A stretch of DNA of 64,000 nt from Candidatus Chazhemtobacterium aquaticus. GTDB lineage: Bacteria; Patescibacteriota; Microgenomatia; UBA1400; Chazhemtobacteraceae. The notes below the pieces were generated by a model. That model ran no database searches. It was not told the DNA's origin and saw only the letters and a program-made list of their open reading frames with translations. The stretch is taken from assembly GCF_009936135.1 (NCBI RefSeq), contig NZ_CP047901.1, positions 152,984-216,983 on the forward strand. Reading direction: 5' to 3'. Position 1 is the first letter of the stretch. The number at the start of each line of letters is the position of its first letter. Below, piece after piece: positions 48,355 to 58,962 of the stretch. The position numbers and the translations under genes were made by a program.

Positions 48355-49476
48355 ATGATCGACAAAGCCATCAAAGCTACCACCCAAGAACATCTTGATA
48401 TTTACACCATCAAAGAACACTTTGTTATCTTAAAAGACGGTTCAACTGCTCTAGTTCTTCAAATTTCTGCCATAAACTTTGGTCTTCTCTCTGAGGAAGA
48501 ACAAGATGCTCTCATCTTCTCCTACGCCTCACTCCTAAACTCTCTTTCCTTTCCTATCCAAATCATTGTCCGCTCCGTCAAAAAAGATATCACTTCATAC
48601 TTAGAGCTTCTTGATGATCGTCTCGAACAAACCTCTTCTCAAAAGCTCAAAGAGCAGATCGTCAAATACCGCAGCTTCATCAGGAGTCTTGTTAAAAAGA
48701 ACAAAGTTCTTGAAAAAAAATTCTACGTCGTCATCCCTTACAGCTATCTAAGTGTCAATCAAGTCTCCAACAACCTTAATCCACTCGCTAAACCACCCCA
48801 AAAACCACCCCAAGATGTTGACTTTCTCGTTGCCAAATCCAAACAAGAACTCTATCCTCGTCGCGACCACCTCATTCGTCAATTTGCTCGTTTAGGCCTC
48901 CAGTGTCGCCAACTCACCACTCAAGAGCTAGTTACCCTTTTCTACAAAACCTACAACCCCTCCACTCAAGGCATTGAGCAATATCTCACTCTACCCACTG
49001 ACTATGAAACCCCAGCCGTTCAAACCAAAGTCAGAAATCTGTACACCGAAAAAGACACTCCCACTACCCCTATCGCCCCAACACCAACGGCTCCTACTCC
49101 TTCTCCAACCACCCCCACTCAACCCACGACTCCAACTCCACCCATTCCCCCTATTACTCCACACCAAACTACCACCACCCCTCAAAACCAACCTCATTCA
49201 CCTACTCCTCAACCAGTAACTCCACCCAATCCTTCTCCTATCACACCACCAACTCAACCAACCTTTTCTTCTCCATCACCCTCTCCATTACCATCTCCAT
49301 CGCCCACACCCCCGCCAGCCTCACCAACACAAAACCAAACTCTATCCATGCCCACTCCACCATCTACACCCACTAACCCAAACCCCCAAACCTCTCCACC
49401 TCCCGACCCAGCCGACTCAGTTATCCCTCCCTCCCCTCCGGTCACCTCACCGCCTCCACCTTTTCCTTTCTCGTAA
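48355..49476 (+). CDS. VirB4/TraC-associated protein with Pro-rich tail
   Basis: TQEHLDI..IK...SAINFGLLSEEEQDALI..Y..LLNSLSFPIQI. Confidence 0.75.
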   Translation: MIDKAIKATTQEHLDIYTIKEHFVILKDGSTALVLQISAINFGLLSEEEQDALIFSYASLLNSLSFPIQIIVRSVKKDITSYLELLDDRLEQTSSQKLKEQIVKYRSFIRSLVKKNKVLEKKFYVVIPYSYLSVNQVSNNLNPLAKPPQKPPQDVDFLVAKSKQELYPRRDHLIRQFARLGLQCRQLTTQELVTLFYKTYNPSTQGIEQYLTLPTDYETPAVQTKVRNLYTEKDTPTTPIAPTPTAPTPSPTTPTQPTTPTPPIPPITPHQTTTTPQNQPHSPTPQPVTPPNPSPITPPTQPTFSSPSPSPLPSPSPTPPPASPTQNQTLSMPTPPSTPTNPNPQTSPPPDPADSVIPPSPPVTSPPPPFPFS

Positions 49477-49538
49477 CACACTTCCTGCCTTGATATACTT
49501 TAACCACTGTCATCAGTATTTAACTTCTTACCCTACAT

Positions 49539-51437
49539 ATGGCTTTCCTGCCCTTTTTAACCAAAAAAACACCCACCCCTAACTCTGCTCCACCACCACC
49601 CAACCTTGCTACCACACCCAAAGCCAGTCCGCTTACTCCACCACTGTCTCAACTAGACAATCAACACACCTCTCCAAATCAACCTCAAAAACCTGGTGGT
49701 GAAGTCAATATCCAAGATATCATCGCTCCTCCTTCAATTGAGGTCGATTTTTCTCACCTAAAAATTGGCTCAACCTACTTCCGTACCATTTTTATTGCCG
49801 GTTACCCCCGCTATGTCTCTGCCAACTGGCTTTCCCCCCTTATCAATTTCGATCACAGTATCGACGTCTCCATGTTCATCTATCCAGTCGAGGTCAAAGG
49901 CACTCTCGAACAACTCCGTCGTCGTATTGCTGAAATGGAGGCCGAGATATCAGCTGACATCGAACGCGGCCGCATCCCTCAAGCCTCAACCCAAGCCCAA
50001 CTAGAAGATGCCAACTCCCTCCAAGAACAACTCGTCAAAGGTATCGAGCGCTTCTTCCAGTTCTCTCTCTATATCACCATTTCTGCAGACTCCAAAAAAG
50101 AACTAGACACCGTCACCAGCCAAGTCCAAAGCCTTCTCGGATCTTTAATCATAGTCAGTAAAATTGCCTCGTATTCTCAAGTTGAAGCCTTCAAATCCAC
50201 CCTTCCATACTGTAAAGACAAGCTTCTTGTTACCCGCAATATGGACACAACCGCTCTCTCCACTACTTTCCCATTTACCAGCTCCGAACTCACCGACAAT
50301 AAAGGCGTCCTTTTCGGAATCAACGAACACAACGAGTCACTCGTCATTTTTGATCGCTTCTCTATGGAAAACGCCAACATGCTCATTCTCGCCACTTCCG
50401 GGGCCGGCAAATCCTACGCCGTCAAAATCGAAATTATGCGCTCCCTCATGTTTGGCACTCATGTCATCATCATCGATCCAGAAAATGAATATGAAATGCT
50501 TTGTAAGGCCGTCGGCGGTAACTACATTGCTTTTAATGTCAGCAGCAATCATAAAATCAACCCCTTCCAACTAGCCGACCCAGACAACAGCTCTGAAGAC
50601 GAGATGGGTTACAAATATCTCTATCTCAACTCTCTGCTCAAAATCATGCTCGGATCTATGTCGGCCGACGAAGACGCCATTTTAAACCAGGCTCTCGTCC
50701 TAGCGTACCAGCAAAAAGGCATCACCCAAGACCCACTCACTCACACTAAAGAACCTCCCCGCATGGAGGACCTTTACAAGGCCTTAATTGGTATGGAGGA
50801 GCCAGAAGCCATTTCTCTATCTCGCCGTCTTGAAAAATACGTTAAAGGGGCCCTTAAAGGCATCTTCGATCAACAAAGCAATGTCTCTATCGACTCACCC
50901 ATCACTGTCTTTACTCTCCGCGAACTCGCCGACGAAATTCGCCCCATTGTCATGTTCATGATCCTGGACTACATCTGGACCCAAATCCGTAAAGAACTCA
51001 AGCGCCGTCTTCTAGTTGTCGACGAAGCCTGGTATCTCATGCGCCACGAAGACTCTGCCAAAGTCCTTCAGGGTTTGGTCAAGCGCGCTCGCAAATACTA
51101 CCTTGGCGTCTCCATCATTTCCCAAAACGCCGATGACTTTTTAGGCTCTCCCTATGGCAAAGCCATTGTCACCAACTCGGCCATTCAGTTTTTAATGAAA
51201 CAATCGCCTGCCGCCATCGACGAAGTTGCCCAAGTCTTCTATCTCTCCCAAGGAGAACGCTCCCTCCTCCTTTCAGCCAATGTCGGAGAAGGCCTCTTCT
51301 TTGCAGGCCAAAACCATATTGCTCTCAGAGTTGTCGGTTCTCCCGATGAACACGCTCTTGCCACCAGTAAACCTCAAGACATCCTCGCCCGCCAACAGCA
51401 GGCCAAGAAGGAACAATCTCTTTCCTCTGCCCTCTAA
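49539..51437 (+). CDS. virB4: VirB4/TraC-like ATPase
   Basis: Walker A ATSGAGKS, IIDPENEY, Walker B VVDEAW, KRARKY, SQN..DF. Confidence 0.9.
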   Translation: MAFLPFLTKKTPTPNSAPPPPNLATTPKASPLTPPLSQLDNQHTSPNQPQKPGGEVNIQDIIAPPSIEVDFSHLKIGSTYFRTIFIAGYPRYVSANWLSPLINFDHSIDVSMFIYPVEVKGTLEQLRRRIAEMEAEISADIERGRIPQASTQAQLEDANSLQEQLVKGIERFFQFSLYITISADSKKELDTVTSQVQSLLGSLIIVSKIASYSQVEAFKSTLPYCKDKLLVTRNMDTTALSTTFPFTSSELTDNKGVLFGINEHNESLVIFDRFSMENANMLILATSGAGKSYAVKIEIMRSLMFGTHVIIIDPENEYEMLCKAVGGNYIAFNVSSNHKINPFQLADPDNSSEDEMGYKYLYLNSLLKIMLGSMSADEDAILNQALVLAYQQKGITQDPLTHTKEPPRMEDLYKALIGMEEPEAISLSRRLEKYVKGALKGIFDQQSNVSIDSPITVFTLRELADEIRPIVMFMILDYIWTQIRKELKRRLLVVDEAWYLMRHEDSAKVLQGLVKRARKYYLGVSIISQNADDFLGSPYGKAIVTNSAIQFLMKQSPAAIDEVAQVFYLSQGERSLLLSANVGEGLFFAGQNHIALRVVGSPDEHALATSKPQDILARQQQAKKEQSLSSAL

Positions 51438-51482
51438 TACCTCGCTGCTGTAAACTGTAACCATCACCAATCCCGATTATCT

Positions 51483-54104
51483 ATGGAAAGCCATAAAATC
51501 CACGAACTTACCCAAGAACTTCGCCTTTTACGGACTCTTCCTCAAAGTCCAGACGTTCTCGACCAAATCAACTCTATCTACGAGCAACTATCTAGCCTTG
51601 GTATCAATCCACAATCCGTTATCACCAATCTTGAACATGAAGCACTTCTACAATCCCATAGCGGCGCTGATGTCGACCTCCTCGCTCTCCTTACTGGCCA
51701 GCAGAATCTTCTCACTGAAAAACTCAATCTCGACAAAAGCAAGCTTACTGATAAACAGATAGCCATCATCGAACTTTTAGTGGAACGCCGCCGTCGCCAA
51801 ATCTTACGCGACAAATTTCAAGCCAAACTTGATCAGCAAAAACAATTAAGGTCCCAGCTTTCTTCTGCTCTATCAGGCAAACCAGAAACTGACCCCAGCC
51901 GCACTAATACACAAGACGCCACCACTCTGATTGAGCGTAAACAGCTCACCACCAACACCACTCTTTCTTCCGATCAAACAAAGCAAGCTGTTGCCCAACT
52001 TTCTTCCGACTTAGTCACTCTCAGCGCCCTCACACCATCTCTACCCCACGCAACCCCCGACTTCGACGAAGAAATCAGTCCTCAACCACTATCCCCCCTT
52101 GGTATTGCTCTCATCACAGAACTTGCTTTCGCTAAAGTCGCCGGACCATCCTACTCATCACCTAGTACAGAACTAGAAACAATCATTGATCAAATCGTTC
52201 GACCAGCTACTGAAACAGATTATCAAATCACCATTACTAATTCAGACCAAGATCAACTCACCTACGACCACACTGGATACGTAGTTGTTCAAGATCAATC
52301 TCTAACCGAAGCAATCACCCAACCAGCTATCCTGCAAACACTCACCACCCTTTCCATACCACCCGAGCACAACCCACTAGTTGCCGACCTAGCCTCATCA
52401 GCTTATCGAGATGCTCCCGAACAAGATCCTCTCATCACCGATGCTATTCCCAAGCACCAAATAAGTAATACATATGCCACTGTCAGTATTCTCACCAATC
52501 AAACACTCTCACGCCAACTCAATCAAGCCACTGGTATCAAATCCAACCAAGCTGAAACTCTTATCATCTCAGAAATAGGCCAACAACCTGTCAGGTCCTT
52601 CCAAGATTTGTCGAGTATTGGCCACTCTATTCATCCCTCACCCTACGCTGCTGCCGCTGCCGCCGTCTCTACCTCTTTCCCTCAACAAAACACTCTCAGT
52701 CCAGAACTAGCCCGGCTTCTAGGTAGAGGTATCTCCTCAGATCAAATAATTGCCACTGCTCAATCAGCTCTTAATAAACGTGGTGCCAAATTCTCCCCCG
52801 ATCAAAGACGCCTTCTCTCCCAACTTGTAAGCCAGGCTCGTTCTGTCAGTAAACCTTTAGAGACAGATTTGCTCGCCTCAGCCAAACCTCGACTCTTTGG
52901 CGCCAGGGTTCCGCGCTACATCGAACGCTTTAATTCATATCTTAACGGCTCTAGAAACAAATTCCTGTCTGCTTTCTCAGGTAGATATGCTCGTTTTTTC
53001 CAAGCCGCTACCAATCCTATGGGTTTCGCCTCCAGTCAACTTGGAACCTACGCTGGCAAGCGCATCGCCAGCCACCTAGCCGGCAAACTTAGCTCCACCG
53101 CTCTTAAAGAAGGTTTTGGCATCATGGCCAATCAAGGCTTTAAACAGGGTATCAACTTCTTAAGCCAAGAAGCGGCCAAAAAAGTTGGTGCCAAGTTACT
53201 CTCAAACGCCGCCGTTCACGCCCTCGCTCAATCATTAAACGTCATTCCAGGACTAGGTATCATCGTCGACATTGCCCTCACTCTGGCTATGGCTGCTATC
53301 GATAAAATCAAAAACTCTCTTCACCAACTAGCCATCTCTCTCTATGGCAGTAAAATCGACGCTAAAGAAGCTGCTGCCGGAGGAGCCGCCTTTATTGGTG
53401 GAGCGATTGTCTCAGGAATCGCCCTTGTTGGTCTCGGTGCCCAAGCAGCTCTAGCTGCCACCTTTACCGCTGCTGCCTCCGCTTTCGCAACTCTCTTTTT
53501 TGCTGCTGCTGCTGCCATCATTATTTACTTAAGTGCTTTTAACATAGCTCCCATTATTTCCACCATCGCTCAACTAGACTCAGGCCTGGGTACTTCCGGT
53601 TATGGTTCCAATCTCAATGTTGACTACGGCGAATACACTGGCCCAGTCATCCCAGGATGCCATCCAATCTGGCCAACCAATACTGGAGAAATTATTCAAG
53701 GCCCGTATGGATCCTTCTCACACAAAACCATCGAGGCCATCGATGTCGATGCTCAAACCGGCGAACCAGTTTACTCAATCTCAGACGGGGAAGTTATTGC
53801 TGCTGGCTGGGCTATCTCAGAACCTGTTTACGGCAACTGGGTTATCATTCAGTCTACCATTCAAGGTAGAACCTATCGCGTTTTATACGGCCACTTATCA
53901 ACTTGGAATGTAGAAACTGGACAGCAAGTATCTACCGGCGACCCTATTGGAGCTGTAGGTGCTACCAGCTCTGTTGGACTTTATCAAAACTCCCACCTAC
54001 ATCTTGAGTATCGCGGGCTAGTCTATAACGAATGTCCGGCAGCTGGTCAACAAATTCGCAATGGTTGCTATGGCTTTGCATCCTGTGGAAGCATAGCTTG
54101 GTAA
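51483..54104 (+). CDS. Membrane-anchored M23 metallopeptidase with long helical N-terminus
   Basis: SHKTIEAIDV, YGNWV, YGHL, HLHLE; Ala/Gly-rich TM region. Confidence 0.82.
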   Translation: MESHKIHELTQELRLLRTLPQSPDVLDQINSIYEQLSSLGINPQSVITNLEHEALLQSHSGADVDLLALLTGQQNLLTEKLNLDKSKLTDKQIAIIELLVERRRRQILRDKFQAKLDQQKQLRSQLSSALSGKPETDPSRTNTQDATTLIERKQLTTNTTLSSDQTKQAVAQLSSDLVTLSALTPSLPHATPDFDEEISPQPLSPLGIALITELAFAKVAGPSYSSPSTELETIIDQIVRPATETDYQITITNSDQDQLTYDHTGYVVVQDQSLTEAITQPAILQTLTTLSIPPEHNPLVADLASSAYRDAPEQDPLITDAIPKHQISNTYATVSILTNQTLSRQLNQATGIKSNQAETLIISEIGQQPVRSFQDLSSIGHSIHPSPYAAAAAAVSTSFPQQNTLSPELARLLGRGISSDQIIATAQSALNKRGAKFSPDQRRLLSQLVSQARSVSKPLETDLLASAKPRLFGARVPRYIERFNSYLNGSRNKFLSAFSGRYARFFQAATNPMGFASSQLGTYAGKRIASHLAGKLSSTALKEGFGIMANQGFKQGINFLSQEAAKKVGAKLLSNAAVHALAQSLNVIPGLGIIVDIALTLAMAAIDKIKNSLHQLAISLYGSKIDAKEAAAGGAAFIGGAIVSGIALVGLGAQAALAATFTAAASAFATLFFAAAAAIIIYLSAFNIAPIISTIAQLDSGLGTSGYGSNLNVDYGEYTGPVIPGCHPIWPTNTGEIIQGPYGSFSHKTIEAIDVDAQTGEPVYSISDGEVIAAGWAISEPVYGNWVIIQSTIQGRTYRVLYGHLSTWNVETGQQVSTGDPIGAVGATSSVGLYQNSHLHLEYRGLVYNECPAAGQQIRNGCYGFASCGSIAW

Positions 54105-54120
54105 AATTATTACAAACTAC

Positions 54121-55158
54121 ATGAACAACATCACCAGCTCTCTTCACCAAACCATCTTAGTACTTCGTAAGACCAAGTTTGTCATCCTTGCTGGTATAGT
54201 CTTAGTTCTCCTTATTCTCGTTATTATTCAACAACAATCTCGCCAGACACTAACCCAACCACAACCCACAACACCACCACCTTCCCCCAATCTACCCACT
54301 CCACCACCAGACCGAGACTTGAAAATTGTCTGGAATATAACTCAACCCTCGCTTCCCCAAAGTCTTCCTTACTACCAATCAAACCCTGTAACCTTCAACA
54401 CTCAGTATACCGACAACTTCGTCTCTTACCTCGGCTTTGCTCCAAATCATCTTCTTTCTACAAATCCGCACACTCGTCTCTGGGTAAACGATCAATTATC
54501 ACTCAATATAAATCTTCCTTACGGACCACTAACTTTCATCAACAGCTCACTTCCAGACTCAACCTCACCACCATCTCTCGATTTCCTACTTCAATCAGCC
54601 ACACAGCATCTAAACAACATCTTCCCTGCTCTCCAAATCAATCCGGACCTCAAAAATATTAAATATCTAGCCACAGACCCAAATACTACTGCTTTTAAAG
54701 AGACTACTTCAGACCAAGCTGAATATACCTTAATTGGCTTCTATCAAACCATCGAGTCACTTCCAACCATCGCACCGTCAAGTACTACCACCCCCATCAC
54801 CATCGTTCTAAACAATTATGGGCAGATTCAACAACTGGAAGTTATATCAATCATCAATCAACATCAAAAAATATCTGGCAATATATCACTCCTCTCTTTT
54901 GAAGAACTTATGCAAATAGCACCCCAACAAGCTATTAAAATATCCTCCGACAAAATAGACACAGAAACCAATCTAACCAAAGATAAAGATCAAACACTTA
55001 CAGTTAACCAATTAGACCTAGTCTATCTATCCATCTCTAATGACGACATTCTCCAACCTGTTTTCCGTCTCACTGGTACACTTTCCACTTCCACCACATC
55101 CTTCCCGGCTGTCTTTATCGTTCCTGCTTTCGCCAACTCAACAAATCCTCAAAACTAA
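54121..55158 (+). CDS. Hypothetical single-TM exported protein
   Basis: N-terminal TM helix, Pro linker, C-terminal LQPVFRLTG...VPA. Confidence 0.7.
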   Translation: MNNITSSLHQTILVLRKTKFVILAGIVLVLLILVIIQQQSRQTLTQPQPTTPPPSPNLPTPPPDRDLKIVWNITQPSLPQSLPYYQSNPVTFNTQYTDNFVSYLGFAPNHLLSTNPHTRLWVNDQLSLNINLPYGPLTFINSSLPDSTSPPSLDFLLQSATQHLNNIFPALQINPDLKNIKYLATDPNTTAFKETTSDQAEYTLIGFYQTIESLPTIAPSSTTTPITIVLNNYGQIQQLEVISIINQHQKISGNISLLSFEELMQIAPQQAIKISSDKIDTETNLTKDKDQTLTVNQLDLVYLSISNDDILQPVFRLTGTLSTSTTSFPAVFIVPAFANSTNPQN

Positions 55159-55160
55159 TA

Positions 55161-56270
55161 TCAACTCTGTACTCTCACTGGCATAATAATATGGACCCAT
55201 TCTTCACCCTCTTCTCGAAAAACTCCTGGTTTCAATGATCCCTCGCTTTCAATTATTACCTTATTCGCTCTCACCACTCCTAAATACTCAAGCAAATACC
55301 GACTGTTAAATGCCATCTCTACCTCCTCACCCTCAGTCTCAACATCTATACCAGTCTCACTACTTCCCAACTGCGGACTGTTAGCACTCACCTTTAGCTG
55401 ATTATCACCCATCTTCACCTTCACAATATTTGCACTCTCCCTAGCGAATATAGATGCCCTTTTAACCGCCTCTGTTAGCTCTTCCCGACTTACCAACACT
55501 CGAGTCGAATAACTCTCCGGCATTATCTGTTCAAAGGGCGGAAAATCGCCAGCAAGCAACCGGCTCACTATCTCAATCTCACCAATCTTAAAAATTACCT
55601 GTTGTTTATTAATCTCAAACTTAATCAACACTGTTTTAACTTCCTGTTTATCTACTATTCTTACCAACTCCAACAATGCTCTTGCTGGCAAAATCAGCTT
55701 ACTCAAGCCCTCCTTTTCAACCGATAATCTTAAACCTCCAATCCCCAGTCTGTATCCATCAGTCGCCACCAATCGAATTCTATCCTTCTCAAACTTCCAC
55801 AACACTCCCATTAACACCGGACGCGCATCGTCTTTAGCAACAGCCACACCAACTCGCTCTATTTCCTCAACCAACTCTTCTACTCCAATTTCAATATCAC
55901 ATTTACCTGAAAAACTCGGAATCGAAGGATACTCTCCCGAAGCCATACCTGCCACCATAGACCTAATTCCATTAGTCTCTATCACCAAACTATCTTTATC
56001 AACTTCTAAATCAACCGGACCAGCTGGTAATGTCCCCACCAGCTCACTCAACACCCTTCCTGAAACACTCACTTCACCTTCCTCTCTAACCTTTGCCCCT
56101 ACTTTAATCCGAAAACTAATCTCTAAATCAGTACTTAAAATCTCAACTCCACCAGCCGTTGATCTGATCAATACATTTGCCAACACTGGCAATTGAGGTC
56201 TACTCGCCACTCCTCTACCAACCACAGCAAGCGCATTACTTAAGCGTTCATTCAAAATCGTTACTTTCAT
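55161..56270 (-). CDS. dnaN: DNA polymerase III beta clamp
   Basis: LPVLANVL, TDLE, RPVLMGV, VATDGYRL, FNSRYL, IIMPVR. Confidence 0.97.
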   Translation of the reverse strand: MKVTILNERLSNALAVVGRGVASRPQLPVLANVLIRSTAGGVEILSTDLEISFRIKVGAKVREEGEVSVSGRVLSELVGTLPAGPVDLEVDKDSLVIETNGIRSMVAGMASGEYPSIPSFSGKCDIEIGVEELVEEIERVGVAVAKDDARPVLMGVLWKFEKDRIRLVATDGYRLGIGGLRLSVEKEGLSKLILPARALLELVRIVDKQEVKTVLIKFEINKQQVIFKIGEIEIVSRLLAGDFPPFEQIMPESYSTRVLVSREELTEAVKRASIFARESANIVKVKMGDNQLKVSANSPQLGSSETGIDVETEGEEVEMAFNSRYLLEYLGVVRANKVIIESEGSLKPGVFREEGEEWVHIIMPVRVQS

Positions 56271-56280
56271 CTTTCTATTC

Positions 56281-56590
56281 TTCTTTCTTATTAATTAAAT
56301 TAGTAGCAGTCATAATAGGTACTGTGGATATGTTAATTTCGTGCTAAATATATGCCTCGCAATATTGTTGTTATTTAATAATCATCGGCTAAACCAACCA
56401 TTTCTCTAAATCAACCCTTTGCTCAACGCTCACCTTTTCGGGTTTTTGTCTCCGCATATCAACTAGCATTCTGTGGATAATTTTGCGAAAAACTTATTTT
56501 CCCAAGTGTATAACATTTTTCTATCAACTTGAGTTTCTCACAATCACAGTGTTTTTTCACCAAGTCCATAACAGTTTTCCCCAATCTAGC
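56281..56590. other. Putative oriC (dnaA-dnaN intergenic region)
   Basis: Perfect DnaA box TGTGGATAA 56472-56480; box TGTGGATAT 56323-56331 next to DnaA-trio-like TAG TAG CAG TCA TAA TAG (56301-56318) and AT-rich ttattaattaaat; further degenerate boxes. Confidence 0.75.
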
Positions 56591-56591
56591 C

Positions 56592-57977
56592 TCAATTTGA
56601 ACCATAGATTTCTTGTTTCATTCTAATTACCTGTTCTCTAACCTCCTGATTGATACCAATCTCTCTCTCCATTTTCTCTACCGCGTGCATTACTGTCGTA
56701 TGATCCCTTCCTCCCATTAACTGAGCCACGTTCTGAAGTGTTAAACCCATCTCTTCTCTGAGTAAATACATGGCAATATGTCTTGCTCGTACCAGTTCCG
56801 CTCTCCTGCTTTTACCCACAATCTCCTTGTTTTTACACTCAAACTGCTTAGCCACCAAACTTATTAGCTGCTGAGGCCTTAATTTCTTAACCTCCCTTTT
56901 CGCACTTACTCCAATCTCCTTCTCCACCAAATCCTTAGTTAAATAACCATTGCCAAGAGTAGCCGCATTTACCAGTCTAGTTAAAATCCCCTCCAACTCT
57001 CTTGCGTTAGTGTTTACACTACTTGCGATTAACTCCAATGCTTCATTATCTGCATCCGTTTTTAGTTCACTACACTTCTGTTTTAATATAGCCAGCCGCA
57101 TTTCATAATCCGGTAATCCAATATCAACTGTCAGTCCGCCCAAGAATCTAGAAATCAATCTTTGCTCCACTTGTTCAATATCCTGAGGCCTACGGTCAGA
57201 CGTCAGGATAATTTGCTTACCCTTCATATACAACTCGTTGAAGGTGTGAAAAAACTCCTCCTGAGTACTCTCCTTTCCTGCGATAAACTGAACGTCGTCA
57301 ATTAACAACACATCAACATTCCTATATTTTTTCTTAAAACTATCAACACTCTTGCTTCTAATTGTCGCAATCAGCTCATTAGTAAACTGCTCACTAGTTA
57401 CTGCTCTCACCTTCATCCCCTTGGCTAACAACATCCTTCCCACGGCGTGCATTAAGTGTGTTTTTCCTACCCCTACTCCACCCCACAAAAACAAGGGATT
57501 GTGTTTTACTCCCGGACTGTCCGTCACTCCTTTGGCTGCCGCGTAAGCCAAGTTATTCGACCCTCCAACCACAAAGTTTTCAAAACTAAATCTAGGGTTA
57601 AGCCCCACCTCAATCAGTTGTTGAGAATCAAACTCACTTTCCTTATCCTCGCTAAACAAGTCATTAGCCTCTTCATTTTCTGGCTCCACACTTTCGATTC
57701 TTTGTTTTACAACCAATCCAATCTCACACCTTTTACCTACTTGTCGTTCCAGTATTTGTTTAATTTGTCCATAATATCTTTCATCAATCGTTCGCAAGTG
57801 AAATCCTGACGGACACGCCAGCTCTATCAACCACCTCTCCGCATCTATTTCATTTATAGAATCAATAAAACACGGCTTAACCCAGGATGAAAAAGCAGCT
57901 GGAGATATGCTCACCTCAAGCTCTCCTAATACATTTTTCCAAATCTCGTTACTGTCCAGATTATCGATCATTTTCAT
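56592..57977 (-). CDS. dnaA: Chromosomal replication initiator DnaA
   Basis: FENFVVGGSN, GGVGVGKTHL, LLIDDVQF, TQEEFFHTFN, RDHTTVMH. Start re-called to ATG 57977 (57971 also possible). Confidence 0.97.
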   Translation of the reverse strand: MKMIDNLDSNEIWKNVLGELEVSISPAAFSSWVKPCFIDSINEIDAERWLIELACPSGFHLRTIDERYYGQIKQILERQVGKRCEIGLVVKQRIESVEPENEEANDLFSEDKESEFDSQQLIEVGLNPRFSFENFVVGGSNNLAYAAAKGVTDSPGVKHNPLFLWGGVGVGKTHLMHAVGRMLLAKGMKVRAVTSEQFTNELIATIRSKSVDSFKKKYRNVDVLLIDDVQFIAGKESTQEEFFHTFNELYMKGKQIILTSDRRPQDIEQVEQRLISRFLGGLTVDIGLPDYEMRLAILKQKCSELKTDADNEALELIASSVNTNARELEGILTRLVNAATLGNGYLTKDLVEKEIGVSAKREVKKLRPQQLISLVAKQFECKNKEIVGKSRRAELVRARHIAMYLLREEMGLTLQNVAQLMGGRDHTTVMHAVEKMEREIGINQEVREQVIRMKQEIYGSN

Positions 57978-57993
57978 CGCTACTCTATCCAAG

Positions 57994-58098
57994 TTTTCCA
58001 CAACTGCCAACCCCGAATATTCCCAAATAAAAACTTTGATTTCTTTGATCCACCCTCATCAAAACCCAGAATCCGAACATCACATAATCTTATCCACA
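57994..58098. promoter_or_regulatory. DnaA boxes in the dnaA promoter region
   Basis: TTTTCCACA 57994-58002 and perfect TTATCCACA 58090-58098. Confidence 0.7.
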
Positions 58099-58206
58099 TT
58101 GCTTTCACACAAGCTCAATGAACAACTTATTGAACAATACTCTTAACTCAGGCATAAAAGGCCTCACAATCTTTCTTTAAGGCTGTCCACGTGTTAAAAT
58201 CACTTC

Positions 58207-58338
58207 ATGCCAAAAAGAACCTATCAACCCAAGAAAACTAAAAGAGCACGCACTCACGGCTTTCTGCATCGACAAGCTAAACATACCAAAGTCATAAAAC
58301 AGCGTCGACTTAAAAAACGCCGCCAGCTTTCTGCATAA
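58207..58338 (+). CDS. rpmH: 50S ribosomal protein L34
   Basis: Manual translation MPKRTYQPKKTKRARTHGFLHRQAKHTKVIKQRRLKKRRQLSA*. Confidence 0.93.
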   Translation: MPKRTYQPKKTKRARTHGFLHRQAKHTKVIKQRRLKKRRQLSA

Positions 58339-58373
58339 ACAAAACACCCCCATCTTTAGGATAAGATAGACCT

Positions 58374-58718
58374 ATGCTTCCCCGCCATCATCGCCTTCCT
58401 CTTCGCTTTTTTCGCCATCAGCTTCAAAAAAGTGGCCGCTCAATCTCCACCCTCGACCTGACACTGTATTACGGTTCTCGGGAATCACCCGAGTCACCAT
58501 CTCGACTAGCCATAATCATCTCTAAAAAACTAATCCCCTCAGCAGTCAAAAGGAATCTCTTTCGTCGCCAGCTTCAGCATCATCTTCACTCTCTATTACC
58601 CACCATTCCGGTCGGATATGATTTTCTCATCTTACCCAAACCTTCATCACTCCACCTCAACTTTGACCAACAAAGAGAGTCCCTAGAAAAACTTTTTTCA
58701 AAAATTAACACAGATTAA
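58374..58718 (+). CDS. rnpA: RNase P protein component
   Basis: [10 protein letters not shown]...[10 protein letters not shown]; synteny. Confidence 0.9.
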   Translation: MLPRHHRLPLRFFRHQLQKSGRSISTLDLTLYYGSRESPESPSRLAIIISKKLIPSAVKRNLFRRQLQHHLHSLLPTIPVGYDFLILPKPSSLHLNFDQQRESLEKLFSKINTD

Positions 58719-58732
58719 TCAAAACACCGAAC

Positions 58733-58954
58733 ATGATAATCTCTATTTATCAGCGTTATGTCTCACCAGTCCTTCACGGTTTAATCTCCTTGGTTTTTGG
58801 TTCTCCCGCTGGTTGCCGCTTTTACCCGACTTGTTCTGAATATAGTCATCAAGCTATCCGCAAATATGGTATTATTCGAGGCAGTGTTTTAAGTCTTAAA
58901 CGCTTACTCCGCTGTCACCCTTTATCATCCGGAGGTTATGATCCTGTTGTTTAA
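58733..58954 (+). CDS. yidD: Membrane protein insertion efficiency factor
   Basis: [10 protein letters not shown]...RLLRCHP...GGYDPV. Confidence 0.93.
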   Translation: MIISIYQRYVSPVLHGLISLVFGSPAGCRFYPTCSEYSHQAIRKYGIIRGSVLSLKRLLRCHPLSSGGYDPVV

Positions 58955-58962
58955 TATATCTC

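Noticed and set aside
49040-49476. C-rich quasi-repeats as a DNA repeat element
   Set aside because: No fixed unit; explained by Pro/Thr-rich coding sequence plus strand skew.
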